Below, one piece after another: positions 1-14,670 of a stretch of DNA of 64,000 nt; the first letter of the stretch is position 1, and the number at the start of each line of letters is the position of its first letter. The position numbers and the translations under genes were made by a program. Under the pieces are notes generated by a model, which saw nothing but the letters and a program-made list of their open reading frames with translations, had not been told where the DNA came from and did not search any database. Source of the DNA: Lama glama (taxonomy: Eukaryota); NCBI GenBank assembly GCA_028534125.1, contig CM052818.1, positions 34,846,001 through 34,910,000 of the forward strand, read 5' to 3'.

Positions 1-1274
1 AGCAATTTTACACACCACTGCTTCTGTACCATGGTGAAAATGGCAAATAGTATCTTAGAATTAATATGAAAATAGTTTTGACTTTCTGGTCAAAAAAGAT
101 CCCCACGTGGGATCTGTGGAGATTGGAATTTTGAGAACCACAGAGGTACACTAACATTTATCGAGAATTTACATGCTGTACAATGTGCTGGACGCTTCCA
201 GCATGAATTTCAGTTGCTCCCTGCAACAGTCTTCAAAGATGTGTTTTTTTAAACAGATGAGGAAATTTAGGTGGAGCCAAAAAACAAATCCAAATATTTC
301 TAATTGCAATGCTTCCTATTACCATGTTTAAAACCTGGCTCTGATATATCTGACATATTACCAAAAGCAAGTTATTTGCTTCATCACGTGAGATGGTAAT
401 AGTTACACCTACCTTGCTCTCTTCACAGCATCGTTCAAGGCTAATAAGAAGCAGAAATACTCTTTTCCTAAACTATATTAAGTATTATGAAACAAAAATC
501 AAGTCCAAAAAGGAAAAAAAATTCCTAGAGCTTCAAAAAGATGTACAGTCACTGTATCATATGATTGTGAAAACTTACATACCTGTTTAAAAAAAGATAA
601 AACCAAATTTAACACTGTTTTGCTCAAATCACAACTTTATGATTTAATCTAATCTTTCCCACCATTTCCTACTGTGCTCTCTAGCTTATCTTTCTAAAGC
701 AAGCTCTAATTTCTGAACTTCCTAGAAGAGCCAAAACCAAGTCCTCTATACTTTGTTAAACGGCCAGGAAGTCAAACCCAGAAAGACAGAACCTTAAGGT
801 CAAGAAGGCCAACTACTGTGATAAAATCAAGGATGCATAACTTCAAGTCCAAGGAGCACGATCATTAAAATAACAGAGCTCTCACAGAATACTTGTAGTT
901 ATACAGCCATTATAGCTTAGTATAATAGGCAATGAAACGTAAAGATAAATCTAAGACTGACAAACACCAAAGTACAATGCTCTAAAACTATGACTGTTCA
1001 AAGCTATCTGAGCAGTTTTTTAAACGCTTTGTTATCTAAGCCATTAATATCTTCAAGATATGTCTCAAAAAGCTTGAATTATGTAAAAAAATAAATCTGA
1101 ACATGCAAAGAAAGACTGCAATCCAAGAGTTCCAGGGACAGTTAGGATTATCTTTTTTAACTACAGATGTAAAGATGCAGTTTAACTGATGCAACTAGGT
1201 AGATTCTTGCTACTGGTGACAGGACCACTAGCTTCAATCACAATTCAAAGAGGAAATTAAGACCGCTTCTATTA

Positions 1275-1408
1275 GGGGGAGTGAGCTCACTAGTAGAGCA
1301 CATGCTTAGCATGCACAAGATCCTGGGTTCAATCCCCAGCATCTCCATTAAAATAAATAAATAAGTAAATAAACCTAATTACCCCTTCCCCACAAAAAAA
1401 CAAAACAA
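1275..1408 (+). mobile_element. tRNA-Ala-derived SINE (camelid Vic-1 type)
   Basis: tRNA-like head with A/B boxes (…GGTTCAATCCCC) and AAATAAACCTAATTAC tail. TSD AAGAC(CG/TA)CTTCTATTA at 1259-1274 and 1409-1424. Confidence 0.9.
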
Positions 1409-4244
1409 AAGACTACTTCTATTAAAGCCAATTTTTGGTGCATAAAAATCTCAAAGCATCTCAATGCTGCTTTGAGGGAGAAGAGACTGCACTGGACACT
1501 AAGAGTGTATTCACAGTCAAAATTAAAAAAATATATATATATGAGATTATAGACAGGTATGAGGCAAATCTGAAATTCTCAAATTTAAAACACCAGGAAG
1601 TGTATCAGTAGTCTTGTCCCTTAGCTATAGTACATTGTACTCTCTCCTCAATGACAAATCTGCATGAACTGATAAACTGCTCTGCAAAAAACAAACAAAC
1701 AAACAAAAAAAACAAAGACCTTTTATTAAAATACAATAAATAAAACATACATACAACTCTTCTGACTTCTACAGAAGAGGTATGAAATGTCATTAAGTTT
1801 GTTTAGCTGGCTTTAATTAAGTCTTGCCCACACAGTCTGAGAAAATGACTCAGCAAGACTCAGCCCATATGTTAACTAGAGTTAAGCAATTACCACAATT
1901 AAGTTAAACATACATTTCTCTGGCATGTCCAATTTACAGATAAAAAAAGAGGCTCAGAGGTTAAATAACTTGCTTAAGCTCACAAAGCAAATTAACCATG
2001 ATTAGAATTCTGTCCCTGGGCTCAATATTCTATTTGGCACTAAAAAACCATTTCCAAAAACATTAAAGGCTCACTGTCACAGTCACCAAAAGGTACTGTC
2101 ACATATACTCTCTCTCTTGATCCTTAAAGATTAAGTCACTCAATATACAAATAAGAGTTTAAATAAATACACTTTTGATAAGTCTTTAGGAAATTCTGAC
2201 TCCAATCCATTCTGCACATTGTGTGGGCCAACCACCCTTTTAAAATTTGAATCTAACCATGTCACATCCCTGCTTAGACCTTCAATGGAATTCAGATCAT
2301 TAGCATGGACTACCAGGCTCTAGATGATCTGGCCAACACCTACCTCCTCAACATCTACTGCTTCTGCTCGCCTTACCTGACTCACACCTGCAACACAGAC
2401 CTTTCAGCGCTCTGAACTAGATAAACTTCTTCACTCATCATGGACCTTTTTATGACCATTTCCTGTTTGGAATGTTCTTCCTTCTCTCCTCTTTTCTCCT
2501 ACCTAACTTCTAGTAATACCTCAGATATCAGCATAAATATCAATTCTTCAGGACCAAATTACATTAGCCACCTCTCCATTCTTTGAAATAGATTAAGAAT
2601 AAAAATCTGTTTATTTTGATTTCACAATGTATTTCCTATTCACAGCAATTATCTAACTAGAGAATTATTCTGATTTGGGGTTTTTGTTTGTTTGATGAAT
2701 AAGTTAGTCCCAGGGTCACTACAAGTGCTTTCTAAAAACACCAAATAAGCCTTTACGTGAGCAACAAGCAGAACAGAAATCACCTTAAAGCATATGGTAA
2801 AAAGACTGGAGACTTTTCTAATGAGATTTTGGTTCACAACTAGACTTACTATGAAAACATTAGAGAATTAGACCTTGAGCAACTACCGGTCTTGCCATAG
2901 TTGCCCCTCCCCAATAAAGCTTTATGGATAAATAAAAAAATAACAAAAAACCTATGGAACACCTTATTTATAACTGTTACAAAAAAGCTGCAATATTCTA
3001 CCAATTGGTGAAAGATAAGCTTTAGATGCTAAAATTCAGAAATACACCGACTTAACTTTAAAATCTGTGATCAAGCTGATGATAAATATGAATGAATTAG
3101 GCAGCATGTAATTCCTGTTACATGTCATCAATCATATTTTGGAAATGTCTGAGTCTTTAAAGAACTAAATCTAAGTATCCTAAAATGGTACTGAACTTTT
3201 TTTTTTTAAATAAATGAGTCTTCTAAATTTTGGTTGCATTTTTAAAAATCAGATAGAAGTATCTATCAAAGTATTCAATGAACTAAAATGTCAAAAACAT
3301 CTTCAGATTTTGAAGCCTTTGACAAATTTCAGTTACTGAAATAAAAGTCTGCAAACACGGAAGTGTCAAACAAAAATGTCAACAATTTCCAATATGTAAA
3401 CCTGAAAATGCAACTTAGAGGACTGCAAAAAATTCTATTTAAAAAACACAACCATAATGGAAAAAACATTCTTGAGAGATATACAAGGGCCCTAGAATTA
3501 GAGAAACAGCTAATAAAGGTACATGAATATGACAGAAGGAATATTCTGCCTGGGTCATGTTTTTAATAAATAACTGATGTTAAAAAAAAGTTTTACTTTA
3601 ATAAATATTCATTTTTAAGAATTAAAAATTCTTATTTTTAAAAAGTTTTAGAATAGATTAATAATAGTCTTAAGTATTTCAACAAATCATGTAACTATTT
3701 TTAGCACCCCCTTTCACTCTCAAGACTGTTTCAGTGTGTACAAAAAATTGCATGATCACTCGAGGCATTAGGCATATTCATTTTTCTTCACTGTCTCTCC
3801 AAGACCATCCACAGTGCCCACAGTGAGTGAGTACTGAATATATGTTTATTAACTGACTGAAGAGCTTATCCCTTCAACCTTTCTAATAGAGTTTATAAAG
3901 ATTAGTAGAGACCTCACATAAATGAATTCACAAATAAAGGGGGGAAAATCCCCATCCCCATCATACCATTAACTATTTCACATAAAGATATCATTAGTTA
4001 CTAGTTGCCTAAATTTAGAACTCTAATGGGTCCCTTGCTCTCTCATCAATCTTGTCTGCAACATCTAATGACATCAAATCTTTAATATCTTATTTCTCTC
4101 ACCTTCCCAACTCAGAACATCATCTCTCTCCTGGATTCTACCCAGCATTTTGCAAATCTGTCTCTCTGCCTCCATTAACTCCCATGTTAATAGTTTGGTA
4201 TATATCTCTTCGTGTTCTTTTTCACAGACATCAAAGTACAGACA

Positions 4245-4323
4245 CAGTCATCCCTCGGTATCAGTGGATGCTCAAGCCCCTTACTGAAGGCCTTCTATAT
4301 CTGCGGATATAGTGGGCCAACTG
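4245..4323 (+). mobile_element. Internally deleted MER2-like (Tigger) MITE
   Basis: Ends CAGTCATCCCTCGGTATC ... GATATAGTGGGCCAACTG form imperfect terminal inverted repeats, followed by TA. Confidence 0.65.
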
Positions 4324-4349
4324 TAGCACACTTTTTGAACAGAAAAAAA

Positions 4350-4575
4350 GTCCTACTTTATTTTTTTGATCTTGTTGCTTATTTTATATATAGAAGTTTG
4401 TATCTGCTAATCCCAAACTCCTAATTTATCCCTCCTCCACCCTCTTCCCCCTTTGTTAACTGTATATTTGTTTTCTATGTCTGTGAGTCTGTTTCTGCTT
4501 TGTAAATAAGTTCATTTGTATTATATTTTAAATTCCACATAAGTGATATTATATGATATTCTTCTTTCTGACTTA
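4350..4575 (-). mobile_element. L1 3'UTR fragment
   Basis: TTTGTATCTGCTAATCCCAAACTCCTAATTTATCC...ATTCCACATAAGTGATAT; same family as 13873-14088. Confidence 0.75.
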
Positions 4576-4639
4576 AAATACAAGAACCGTACTAGATATA
4601 TACAAAGGTGTTTCAATATACAGTATATAAAAACGGTAT

Positions 4640-5240
4640 GAAATAATATAGAGAGGTCAGGTAAGCAGATAAAGTGGACAGGGAAGACTTCACTGATAAA
4701 GTATTTGAGCAGACACTTGGAAGAAGTGAGGGAATAACCCATGCGAACACCTACAGAAAGTAGCTGAAGACATAACAAGCACAAAGGTCCAGAGGAAGGA
4801 GTACGCTTGGCAAGTTCAAAGAACAGCAAGGCAGCTGAAATACTGGAGACTGGACAAAGCAATGAGTTAGGAATAGAAGATGAGAGCAGAGAGGTAACAG
4901 GAGATGAAATGACATTGTGCCCTAAATTCTCTGAGTGAGATGGATAACCACTGAAAGGTTCTGAACAGAAGAGTGACGTGATATCAATTGTTAAATGAGC
5001 TACTGGAGATGTCCTGTCAAGAAGAGGAAAAGAAAGGGGGGAAAAAGAAGAGGAAAAGAAAGGGAGCAGGGAGATCAATTAAGAAGTCTGTATAATAATC
5101 CAGGTAACAAGATGTCATGGACCAGGATGGTAGCAGTAGAGATAGTAGGAACTGGGGAGATTCAGAAGGCAGAGCCAAAAGAATCTGCTGATGTGGGATG
5201 AGAGGCATCAAAGATAATTCCAAAGTCTTTGGTCTTAGCA
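4640..5240 (-). mobile_element. L2 fragment
   Basis: Purine-rich plus-strand pattern typical of the L2 antisense strand (…TTTGAGCAGACACTTG…GGTTCTGAACAGAAGAGTGACGTGAT…). Confidence 0.6.
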
Positions 5241-6084
5241 AATATTTGAGTGAATTTCTACAATAGTCCAGGTCCTGTACAGGTTGTCCCATTATTCCAT
5301 TTAAATCAATCAATTTTGCAAGGTAGACATTATTAGCCTCTGTCTAAAGAGAGGCTCAGAGAGATTTTAAAACCTGCCTGAAGTCAGACATAACACATAT
5401 TAATTAATCAAATTTTTTTCACTACATCATCCTCCCCTTACCACAATGGCCATTACTCCTTAACTTCCTTGCTGGATTCCTATCCTGTCTACACTTAAAC
5501 AATGGTATTTCTTACAGTTTTCAAAAAAGTCTTCTCTTCTCATTTCATATTCACTGAAGCCACTATGACTTCAACTACTTTAATTCTCCAGACTAGATTC
5601 TACTCCTTACCTCCCAGACATGATATACAAATGTCTACTGAACATATTCACCTAGAAATCCCTACAGACACATGTCTCAACTCAAAAACTTACTACCATG
5701 CCTCTAAGACCTAACTCACATATTACCTAAGTTAGTGGTATCAATTCACCTAGCCAGTGGTAGGAGCATTAGGAATATGTGACATGGATCTAATCCTGCT
5801 ACTCACTACCCCATCTATAGACAACCTGACTGCCAGATCATACAAGGCCCTTCACACTTGGCACCACATAATTTCTAAACACTTTATGCTCTAGACCCAA
5901 AATGCTGATAAACAGGGGACTGGTGGACTAAATCATGATACATCTGATGAAAACTAGGTAGCAGTTCAAAAAAATGAAATTATTTAACACTCATAAGGAA
6001 CAATCTCCAAGATACATTGTGGGGAAGGAAAAAGAGAAAAATATACAATTATTTCTGTGATGTATTTAATAGTAAAATCTTTAG

Positions 6085-6252
6085 CTTGTATGGAAATCAT
6101 CTAGAGGGCTCTATCAAAATACAGATGGCTGAGTCCTACTCAAAGAGTTTTTGATTCAACAGATGAGAAGTAGAACATGAGAAGCTGCATTTCCAGCGAG
6201 ATATCCAGTGATGCTAGTGCTGCTGTTAAGAGATCCACACTTTGAACCACTG
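6085..6252. mobile_element. MER5A-like hAT-Charlie MITE
   Basis: …CTGCATTTCCAGC…GTGATGCTAGTGCTGCTG…CCACACTTTGAACCACTG terminus. Confidence 0.65.
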
Positions 6253-7899
6253 TCTTCACAGTCACTGCACATTTCAAAAAATGGATCATTCTTTGTCAAC
6301 TTTTAAGAAAATCAATCCACCACAGATTGTTCAAATTTCCCAATGGCCAAGGAAAGTCAAATACTGTCTTAAAAGCAAACCATCCATTGAAGCAGACTCG
6401 TGGCAGTTTTGTGAGAAAATTTAACTGACAAATAGCAAGGAGGATGAGCCAAGCTGCAATACTACTCCACAGTGCATTTCAAAATCTACAAAACAACATA
6501 TGCACAGTTGCACTGCATGTATCATTGGATGTATCATGCAATAACCAAGCAGGCACACTGACACCACTGCTTTACAGTTTATGTGTTTTACAGTAAAAGA
6601 GTCAAGAACAAATTAACAAAAATTTTTAATTATTTGCTCTGGAAATTAAGTTAGCTATAATGCTTTCCTTAAAATCAATGTTTAAAATCTCCACTTTTTT
6701 CTTTTCAGCCACTCATTTCCATCAACCAACAAATTCACCTAATAGCAAATTTTAAAACAGACTGTATTTGAAAATACAGTTCCCTAAAAAAATTCTCACT
6801 CAACTGAGCAACGTTAAACTTAGCAAATTTGCTGAAATCCAACAGAAGGTCAGGAAAAAAAAGGCAAAATGTTTGAAGAACAGTCCATTCAGCAGGAACA
6901 TTTTTATGGAGCTAAAGTATCCCAAAGGAGACAGAATGTCAAGGATGGGGATGCTACCTGAGACCAAGGAAAGTTTTGAAAGGGCAAACTGTGCTTAAAC
7001 TAAATCACTGCTGGAGTTGGAAATCACCATTCAATAAGAAGACCACAGACTAGGGCAAAGAGTAAGAACACTGATGTATGTATACTGCCTCATCACTAAT
7101 GCTGTCAATACTGCTTGCTAAAGAGCATAACCTAGCAAAAAGTAAAAATCAGCTCAAGAAAATGTGTTGGGAGCTAAGGAAGAAAAGTTTAAAATGACTT
7201 GTGATTAAAAAAAAAATCATGTAATCTGTGACACCTACACATAAAAACATCTTAATAAGAAATTTTTTTCAGAAGAGAAACTGAAGAAAAATTAAAAAGG
7301 GGAAGTCATGATATTATAGTGTAAAATATCAGTTACACTGTAGTTTATCAAGTTAACACTGAAATTATTTCTATTTCCTTAAGCACACATGAACCATTAG
7401 TTACAAATACCCCACAAAGGAAACAGTTCACATGTTGCTTATAGTTACCTGTGCTATGTAAGATATTACTATTAAATTTTTATTAGAATATTTTATTATA
7501 CAGAGAAATACAAACTGCTAGACTCTGATTTATGATACAAAAAGCCCACTATTATCAAGGGAGGCATATCAAATTGAGAGCATGGTTGACTTCCTGAAAG
7601 TCCATCTTAAAGGTTAGATATAAGCCAGTTTCACTAAGATGCTATTTATGGTTCTGACACTCACATATCTCTGCAGACCCTTTTTGAATCCATTTAAAAT
7701 AGAGAAGTTACTTCTTTAAATGTTTCATTCAATATGGAAAAAAAAATCCTTGTATTTATTCCCCAAACTGGTTCACTCACATTTTAAAGGATAACCATGC
7801 AGCAATCCTAGTACTTGAGAAATGGTAAACAAATTTTAAATTTACCTGATCCAGGTTTATAAATTTTTAAAATGTATTTATGATTGTATTGTTTAATTA

Positions 7900-8024
7900 T
7901 TTTATTTTGGTGGAGGGGGGAGGTAATTAGGTTTATTTATTTTTGGAGGAGGCACTGGATATTGAACCCAGGACCTTCTGCATACTAAGCATGTGCTCTA
8001 CCACTGGAGCTATACCCTCCTCCC
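7900..8024 (-). mobile_element. tRNA-Ala-derived SINE (Vic-1 type)
   Basis: Reverse complement reads GGGAGGAGGGTATAGCTCCAGTGGTAGAGCACATGCTTAG...GGTTCAATATCC...AAACCTAATTACC. Confidence 0.88.
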
Positions 8025-9514
8025 AGACTCGTAATTTTGTTTGGATTATATTCACCCTCAGACTTCACTTTTCCATCAATGCATCCTAATTTTTTTCTTT
8101 TCTGAGTATCAGAAATAATTTTTATTATATTATAATAAATCATTTATTCAGAATCTTATGAAAAATTATTCCATAAAAGTTAAACTGTGATTATACATAA
8201 GGGACCAAAACTCATTTTTATGTCTCCAAAATATATCAAACTTTCTACCTTGACAGAGACTACTGAAGACAAAAGAAATTCTTCCTATTGGCTACAATCA
8301 TCAATTCACAAATCTGTAATTGTACAGTATAGTAATACAACTTTTAATCTTCATTTTAGCTTTCACATCTCCTAAGTGTGTATCTGGTCTCATTTCCACC
8401 GCTGGACGTGTCACCTGCATAACAGCAAAAGTTCTGCTTCTCTGGACTTAGTAATTATGGTTAAAAATCAAAGTCAATAAGGCACTAAGAAAACACCAAG
8501 TACTGTGTGTGGCTTTAACTTAGGGGATTTGTAAACATACTGTTTGTTTTGGTCTGGACTGTATTCAGAGATCAATGTAAGACTAGCCTCTAGACACGTG
8601 TAGTGTTATTCACTAGCTGGCTGTTTAAAACTCTACATCTTAAAAAAAAAAATTCTGTCTTTCTTGAGTTATAGCTCTCTAAGAAAAGAAAACACAACAG
8701 AAAAATAAGATGTCTTAAAGGGCATAAAGCTTGTATTTCCTACAAATGTGAAATGTCTTAGAAGAGCAACGAAGATACTGAGAATCAGATTCTAACTTCA
8801 AGTGCTGAGACAGCAGTAGTACTTTGGTACACTTTTCAAAATTCCCCACCAGAGCTGAAATTCCACAGGACAGGCACCAAGTCTGGACTACTCACTACTG
8901 CATCCCTGGTGCTCATAAGAGGGTGCCTGACACATTGTAAAGCCTCAATTTTTTTCTTAAATAAACAGCAAAAACTAAGGCTTACAGCTTAATTTCTTAA
9001 TTTATTTTTGAAAAATGACTATGTTGCCCTTGAAATACAGATCTTTAATCTATTTTGAATGAGACACCACATCATATACAAACTCTCTTAAGAGACACAA
9101 AAGCAAATGTTATCAAAATATTGGCAACTGGTGAACCTAAAGGAAGAATATAAGGGGATTCACTATAAGACGTATCTTTCCTGTAGGTCTGAAATTTTTC
9201 AAAAGAGAAAAGTTTTTATAACTCTTATTCACTTAAGCAAAGAGCTAATGTTTGAACAATTATTTTGATTTTATACTTACCTTCCATAGCACTCATGTCC
9301 ATTTATTATGCTGAGTATACACCTCCACACACAAAAATATGCAAAAAGAGATTACTAGATTTTTAAAAGTTCACACATTCATTAATGTCTAATTTAAGGG
9401 AGGCAAAGGCAATTTAGTACAACTGAAAATATATAAAGAGGCAGAATAACTCAATACTCACACTTCGTAAGGACAAATATTTACTGAGGAAGTTTCAAAT
9501 CAACAAAAATCAAG

Positions 9515-10450
9515 AGTGGAACATGCTGGGGAAACTAGACAGCTACATGTAAAAGAATGAAATCAGAACACTCTCTAAAACTATATACAAAAACAGACTT
9601 AAAATGAATTAAAGACCTACACGTAAGACCGGAAATTATAAAACTTCTAAAGGAAAACACAAGCAGAACACTTTGACAAAAATTGTAGCAATATTTTTTT
9701 GGATCCATCTCCTAAAACAAAGGAAGTTATCAACAAAACAAAAAGACAACCTACAGAGTAAGAGAAATATTTGCAAATGATATGGCTGATAAGAGGTTAA
9801 TATTCAACATGAACAGCTCAAACAACTCAACATCAAGAAAAACAAACAACTCAATTTAAAAATGGGCAGAAGAACTAAATAAACATTTTTCCAAAGAGGA
9901 AATGCAGATGGCCAACAGGCACATGAAAAGATGCTCAACATCACTAATCATCAGGGAAATGCAAATCAAAACCACAATGAGATATCACCTTACACCTGCA
10001 GAATGGCTATCATCAAAAGAACACAAATAACAAATGCTGGCAATGATGTGGAGAAAGGGGAACCTTCATACACTGCTGGTGGGAATGTAAATTGGTGCAG
10101 CCACTGCAGAAAACAGTATGGAGTTTCTCAAAAAAACTAAAATAGAACTACCACATGACCCAGCAATTCCACTCCTGGGTATATATATCTGAAAAAAACA
10201 AACACTAATTCAAAAAGATACAGTACACTCTAATGTTCATAGCAACATTATTTACAATTGCCAAGATATGGAAGCAACTTAAGTGTCCATGAATAAACGA
10301 ATAGTTAAAGAAGATGTGGAGTACTACCGGAATGGAATACTACTCAGCCATAAATAAGGATTAAATTTTGCCACCTGATGCAACATGGACAGACTTGGAG
10401 GGCATTATGCTAAGTAAAATAAGTCACAGGCAATGATAAATACCTTATCA
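9515..10450 (+). mobile_element. L1 ORF2 3' region and 3'UTR fragment
   Basis: Classic L1 motifs AAATGCAAATCAAAACCACAATGAGATATCACCT and GACCCAGCAATTCCACTCCTGGGTAT. ORF 9931-10140 lies in decayed L1 ORF2 sequence. Confidence 0.9.
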
Positions 10451-10871
10451 TTCAATGCCAAGTGCTATAATATATGGGACATACTGAAATCCTGACAGAT
10501 TATTAATTTGCTAAACCATTTATTTTGTTGTTCAGTATTCTGTAAGACAGTATACATAAAGAGAAAAAGATTGAAATTTAAGACTGCAGTCACACTTTGT
10601 TCAAAAAATCACAAAATATTTCCCCCTCAAGTAAATCAGCCAAGAATTAAACATCTAAATTAAAGCTCTTTCCTTTAAGTGGCACTGTTTTACAGTAGTG
10701 GAACTACTGATTCCCTACTATATTCATTTGACTATCCTAAATAACAAAAACACCACTATTCTGAGGACGGACTGGATATGCACAAAAACAGTAGCGAAGT
10801 ATCATTCACCCCTAATTCTACTGGATGTTATGAGTTAAAACATGGAATCAAAAATCATTTGGAGTAAAAAA

Positions 10872-12826
10872 TTACTTCAAATTCCAGTTAAAATAGTGGA
10901 GAAAGATCTTTTTGACCCCTTCTCTCCAAAGTCACACTGAAACATTAAGGAAAACAAGAAACATAAAGTCTACCTTCATTTCAATGAATAGACACTGTAA
11001 CTAACCACAACAGATGAAGATGAAGTTTACGACCTCAGAATCCACTGAAGAAGATACCAAAGAGGAGCAAGCCAATTCACATTACAGAAACCTAGAAAAA
11101 TTTAGCAATAGAAAGTATCAGGTACCAGGTGGAAAGTGAGGGCATGATTAAAGGTTTATATAAGGATACCCCAACGCCTAGCCTCCATCTCATATAGCCA
11201 GGTAGTACCACTCCTCAAGACCTAGCAGAAGTCTAAAGGTTTTCTCTAGAAAATCTGAAACAGACACACTCTGAATTCAGGAACAAGATGCTCAATAGAG
11301 TGTGGAGATGAAACTAAAAACAGGTAGATTAAAAAACCTCACCCATGCTTACAGTGCTTGTAAACATCTTTTCAACCACTCATTCTTAATTATGAATGTA
11401 TACCCTAAAATCACCAATCATTTGAGGAAGACCTCTAAAATAAAATGTAGAATAAAAGAAACACGGGGCTAGGAAGCGGGGAGCGGGCATGGAAAACTTA
11501 AAAGGAAAAAAACAGTCATGAAATGGAAGATAATGTCAAATAAACCATCTTCTAAGAAAAGATACTATATTCATAAAAGAACAGAATGCTTAAAAAACAA
11601 ATTTTGAGGAATAAACAAGAAAAAGCATTAGAAATTTAAACACATTACAGCTGAAATAAAATCTTCAATAGAAAAGTTAGAAGATAAAGTAGAAGAAATC
11701 TCCCAGAAAGTAAACAAATTAACAAAGCTGGAAAATAGGAAATTATACAATCAATCCAGGAAGTCCAACAACCAATTAAACACAGAAAATAAAGGGATAA
11801 AAATCATGGAAGGGGAAAAAATGTAAGAAAGCCAGAAGTCATGGACCTGTAAAGGAAAGGCCCACCAAGTATAGAGAATGATGGGATTTACTACTAGGAA
11901 AGAAGGAAGGAAGGAAAGAAAGAAAGAAAGAGAGAGAGAGAAAGGAAGAGAAAAGAGAAAAGAAATACCTACCCACTGAGGTACATAATCTGTTACCATG
12001 AATTCAAAAATTTAAAAATCTAAAAAATTCGAGACAAACCAGGTAATAAACAATGGGTAATCAGAATGTCATGGGACTTGCCAGCAACATCAGAGGATAG
12101 AAGACAAGAGTAATGGTTTCAAAATCATAAGGGAAAATTGTTTTCAAACTAGAATCCTAGGCTGTCAAACTTTCAGTTGAGTGAAAGGTAAGAATTTAGA
12201 CACTGACAAACATGGAAAATCTCAAAAAATTTCCCTTGCCATGCACCCTTTTTTAGCAAGAAGCTACTAGAGGAAAATATACAATCCAAGGCAGTAAACC
12301 AAAGACAGTATCACACACAAGAAAGAGACTAAGAGAACTGAAGCAGGAAGGAAAAAGACCTGGTGGGGAGGTATATTCCCTGATGTTTTGACTGTGCAGA
12401 AATTCATTTTGAGAGGTTGCTGGAAGATGTAGGAAGACTTGATAATGAATAAAGGAAATTAATCAAATAAAGAGAACTTTCAACTTCAGAGAAAAGGAAA
12501 CAGTCATAATAGACACATGGGCATTATTAATGTAACCACTAAATATCAATTTAACAAAAAAAATTGGGATAAAGACTGGGAAGAGATTATAAAAGGTTAA
12601 ATTTTTATCTAACATTAAGTTAATGACGTAAGAGATGGCTGTATAGTATATCATTTTAAAATACAGAGGTATATAACAGAAGTGCTAGAAGAAGCTTCTA
12701 AAGAACAAGATTAGAGATGGAGAGGGGATGGGACAGGAAATTGCTTTTTTTGTTACTATAAATCTTTCAGTAGTTTATTTAACTTCAAATATGTGTATAT
12801 GTCACTGATAAAAATTAATTTTAAAA
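10872..12826 (+). mobile_element. Old HAL1/L1ME-like element (~2 kb, decayed ORF1-like region)
   Basis: A-rich decayed ORF1-like text (GTTAGAAGATAAAGTAGAAGAAATCTCCCAGAAAG; GAAAGGGCCCACCAAGT; TTTTCAAACTAGAATCCTA), an old-L1-type 3' end, and an internal (GAAA)n tract at ~11895-11965. Confidence 0.6.
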
Positions 12827-12989
12827 ACCTTTCAGCACAGAATAATTTAAAAACAGTCAATCACTAAGTCAACTTTCAAATCCTACAGGGTCACAGAGCA
12901 TCTGTGAAGCCTTCAGAATATCTGCATCAACTGAATGACTACATGAAACTTTAAAGAAGAAAGAAATAAAAAAGCCTGCACAATCACTA

Positions 12990-14670
12990 ATGGTACTGGA
13001 GCAACCAGATATTCATCCATGGACAAAAAAAGAATCTCAACCTAAACCTCATGCCATGTACAAAAACTGACTCAAAATGTATCAGGTTCACACGTAAAAC
13101 ATAAAACTATTAGCCAGAAAAAAAAAAAAAAAAGGAAAGAAAATCTTTGGGATCTAGAACTAGATAGAGTTCTTAAGACACCAAAAGTATGATCTATACA
13201 AGGAAAAATTAATAAATTCAACTTAACCTAAATTTAAAATTTTTGCTCTGCGAAAGCCCGTATGAAGAAGGGGGAAAAAAGCTACAGACCAGAAGAAAAT
13301 ACTTGCAAACCACATATTCAACAAGGGACTAGTATCTAAAATGTATAAACTCTCAAAACTCAATAGTTAAAAAAAAAAAAAGAAAGAAAGAAAAGAAACA
13401 ATCCAATTAGAAAATGGGCAACTGACATAAATAGCTATTTCACTGGAGACTAAACAGATGGCAAACAGGAACGTAAAAAGTTTTTTCAACACCTCTGCCC
13501 ACCAGGGAAATGCAAATTAAGACCACAATGAGATTATCATTACATATTTACCAGAATACCTAAAACACAAAACAGTAACACCACCAAATGCTGGTGAGGA
13601 TGCAGAGAAACTGGATCACTCACACACTACTGATGGAAATGCAAAATAGTACAGCCACTCTGGAAACAGTCCGGTAGTTTCTTAAAAGCTAAACATGCAA
13701 TTACCATATGACTGAGTAATTGCACCTAATAGGCATTTATCCCAGAGAAATGAAAATTTATGATCATACAAAAACTTACAAACAAAAATTCACAGCAACT
13801 TTATTTATAACAGACCAAAACTGGAATCAGCCCAGATGTTCCTCCATGGGTGAATGGCTAAACAAACTGTAGTTTTACAAGATATTGAATATAGTTCCCT
13901 GTGCTATACAGTAGGACCTTGTTGTTTATCTATTTTACATATAGTAGCTTGTATCTGCTAATCCCAAACTCCTAATTTATCCACCACTTTCCCCTTTGGT
14001 AACCATAAGTTTGTTTTCTGTCTGAGTCTGTTTTGCAAATAAGTGCATTTGTATCATTTTTTTAGATTCCACATATAAGTGATATCACATACACATACAC
14101 ACACAAAAAACTGTGGGAAATAAATATCATGGAATACTATTCAACAATAAAAAATAACTACTGATGCACACAACTTGGATGAATCTCCAAGGAATTGTGC
14201 TGACTGAATGAAAGCAAATCTCAAAGGTTACATTCCTTATGATTCCATTTATATTACATTTGTGAATAACAAAATTTTATAAGTGGAGGACAAATTTTTG
14301 GAGAGAAGTAGGGGCAGAGGGAAGAGAAGGATATAGTTTAAAAAGAACAAAAGGAAGCCCTGTCCCTTGGAACTGTTCAGTATCTTGACTGTGGTGGTGG
14401 CTATGTGAAATCTACACAAGTGACAAAATTGCAGAGAATTTAATAAATACTCACATACGAATGAGTACAAGTAAAACAAGAGAAATCTGAGTAAGACTGG
14501 TGTGCCATGCCAGATGACAATATTCTGGTTGCGATATTGTACTACAGTTTCACAAAATGTTACCACTGGGAGAAACTGGGCAAAGTGTACAAGGGATCTC
14601 TCTGTATTATTTTTTACAACTGCATGTGAATCTACAATTGCCCTAATAAAAATGTGAATAAAAAAAAAAG
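12990..14670 (+). mobile_element. L1MC-like element with a younger inverted L1 piece at 13873-14088
   Basis: L1 ORF2/3'UTR motifs, ending …ACTGCATGTGAATCTACAATTGCCCTAATAAAAATG plus an A tail. Confidence 0.82.
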
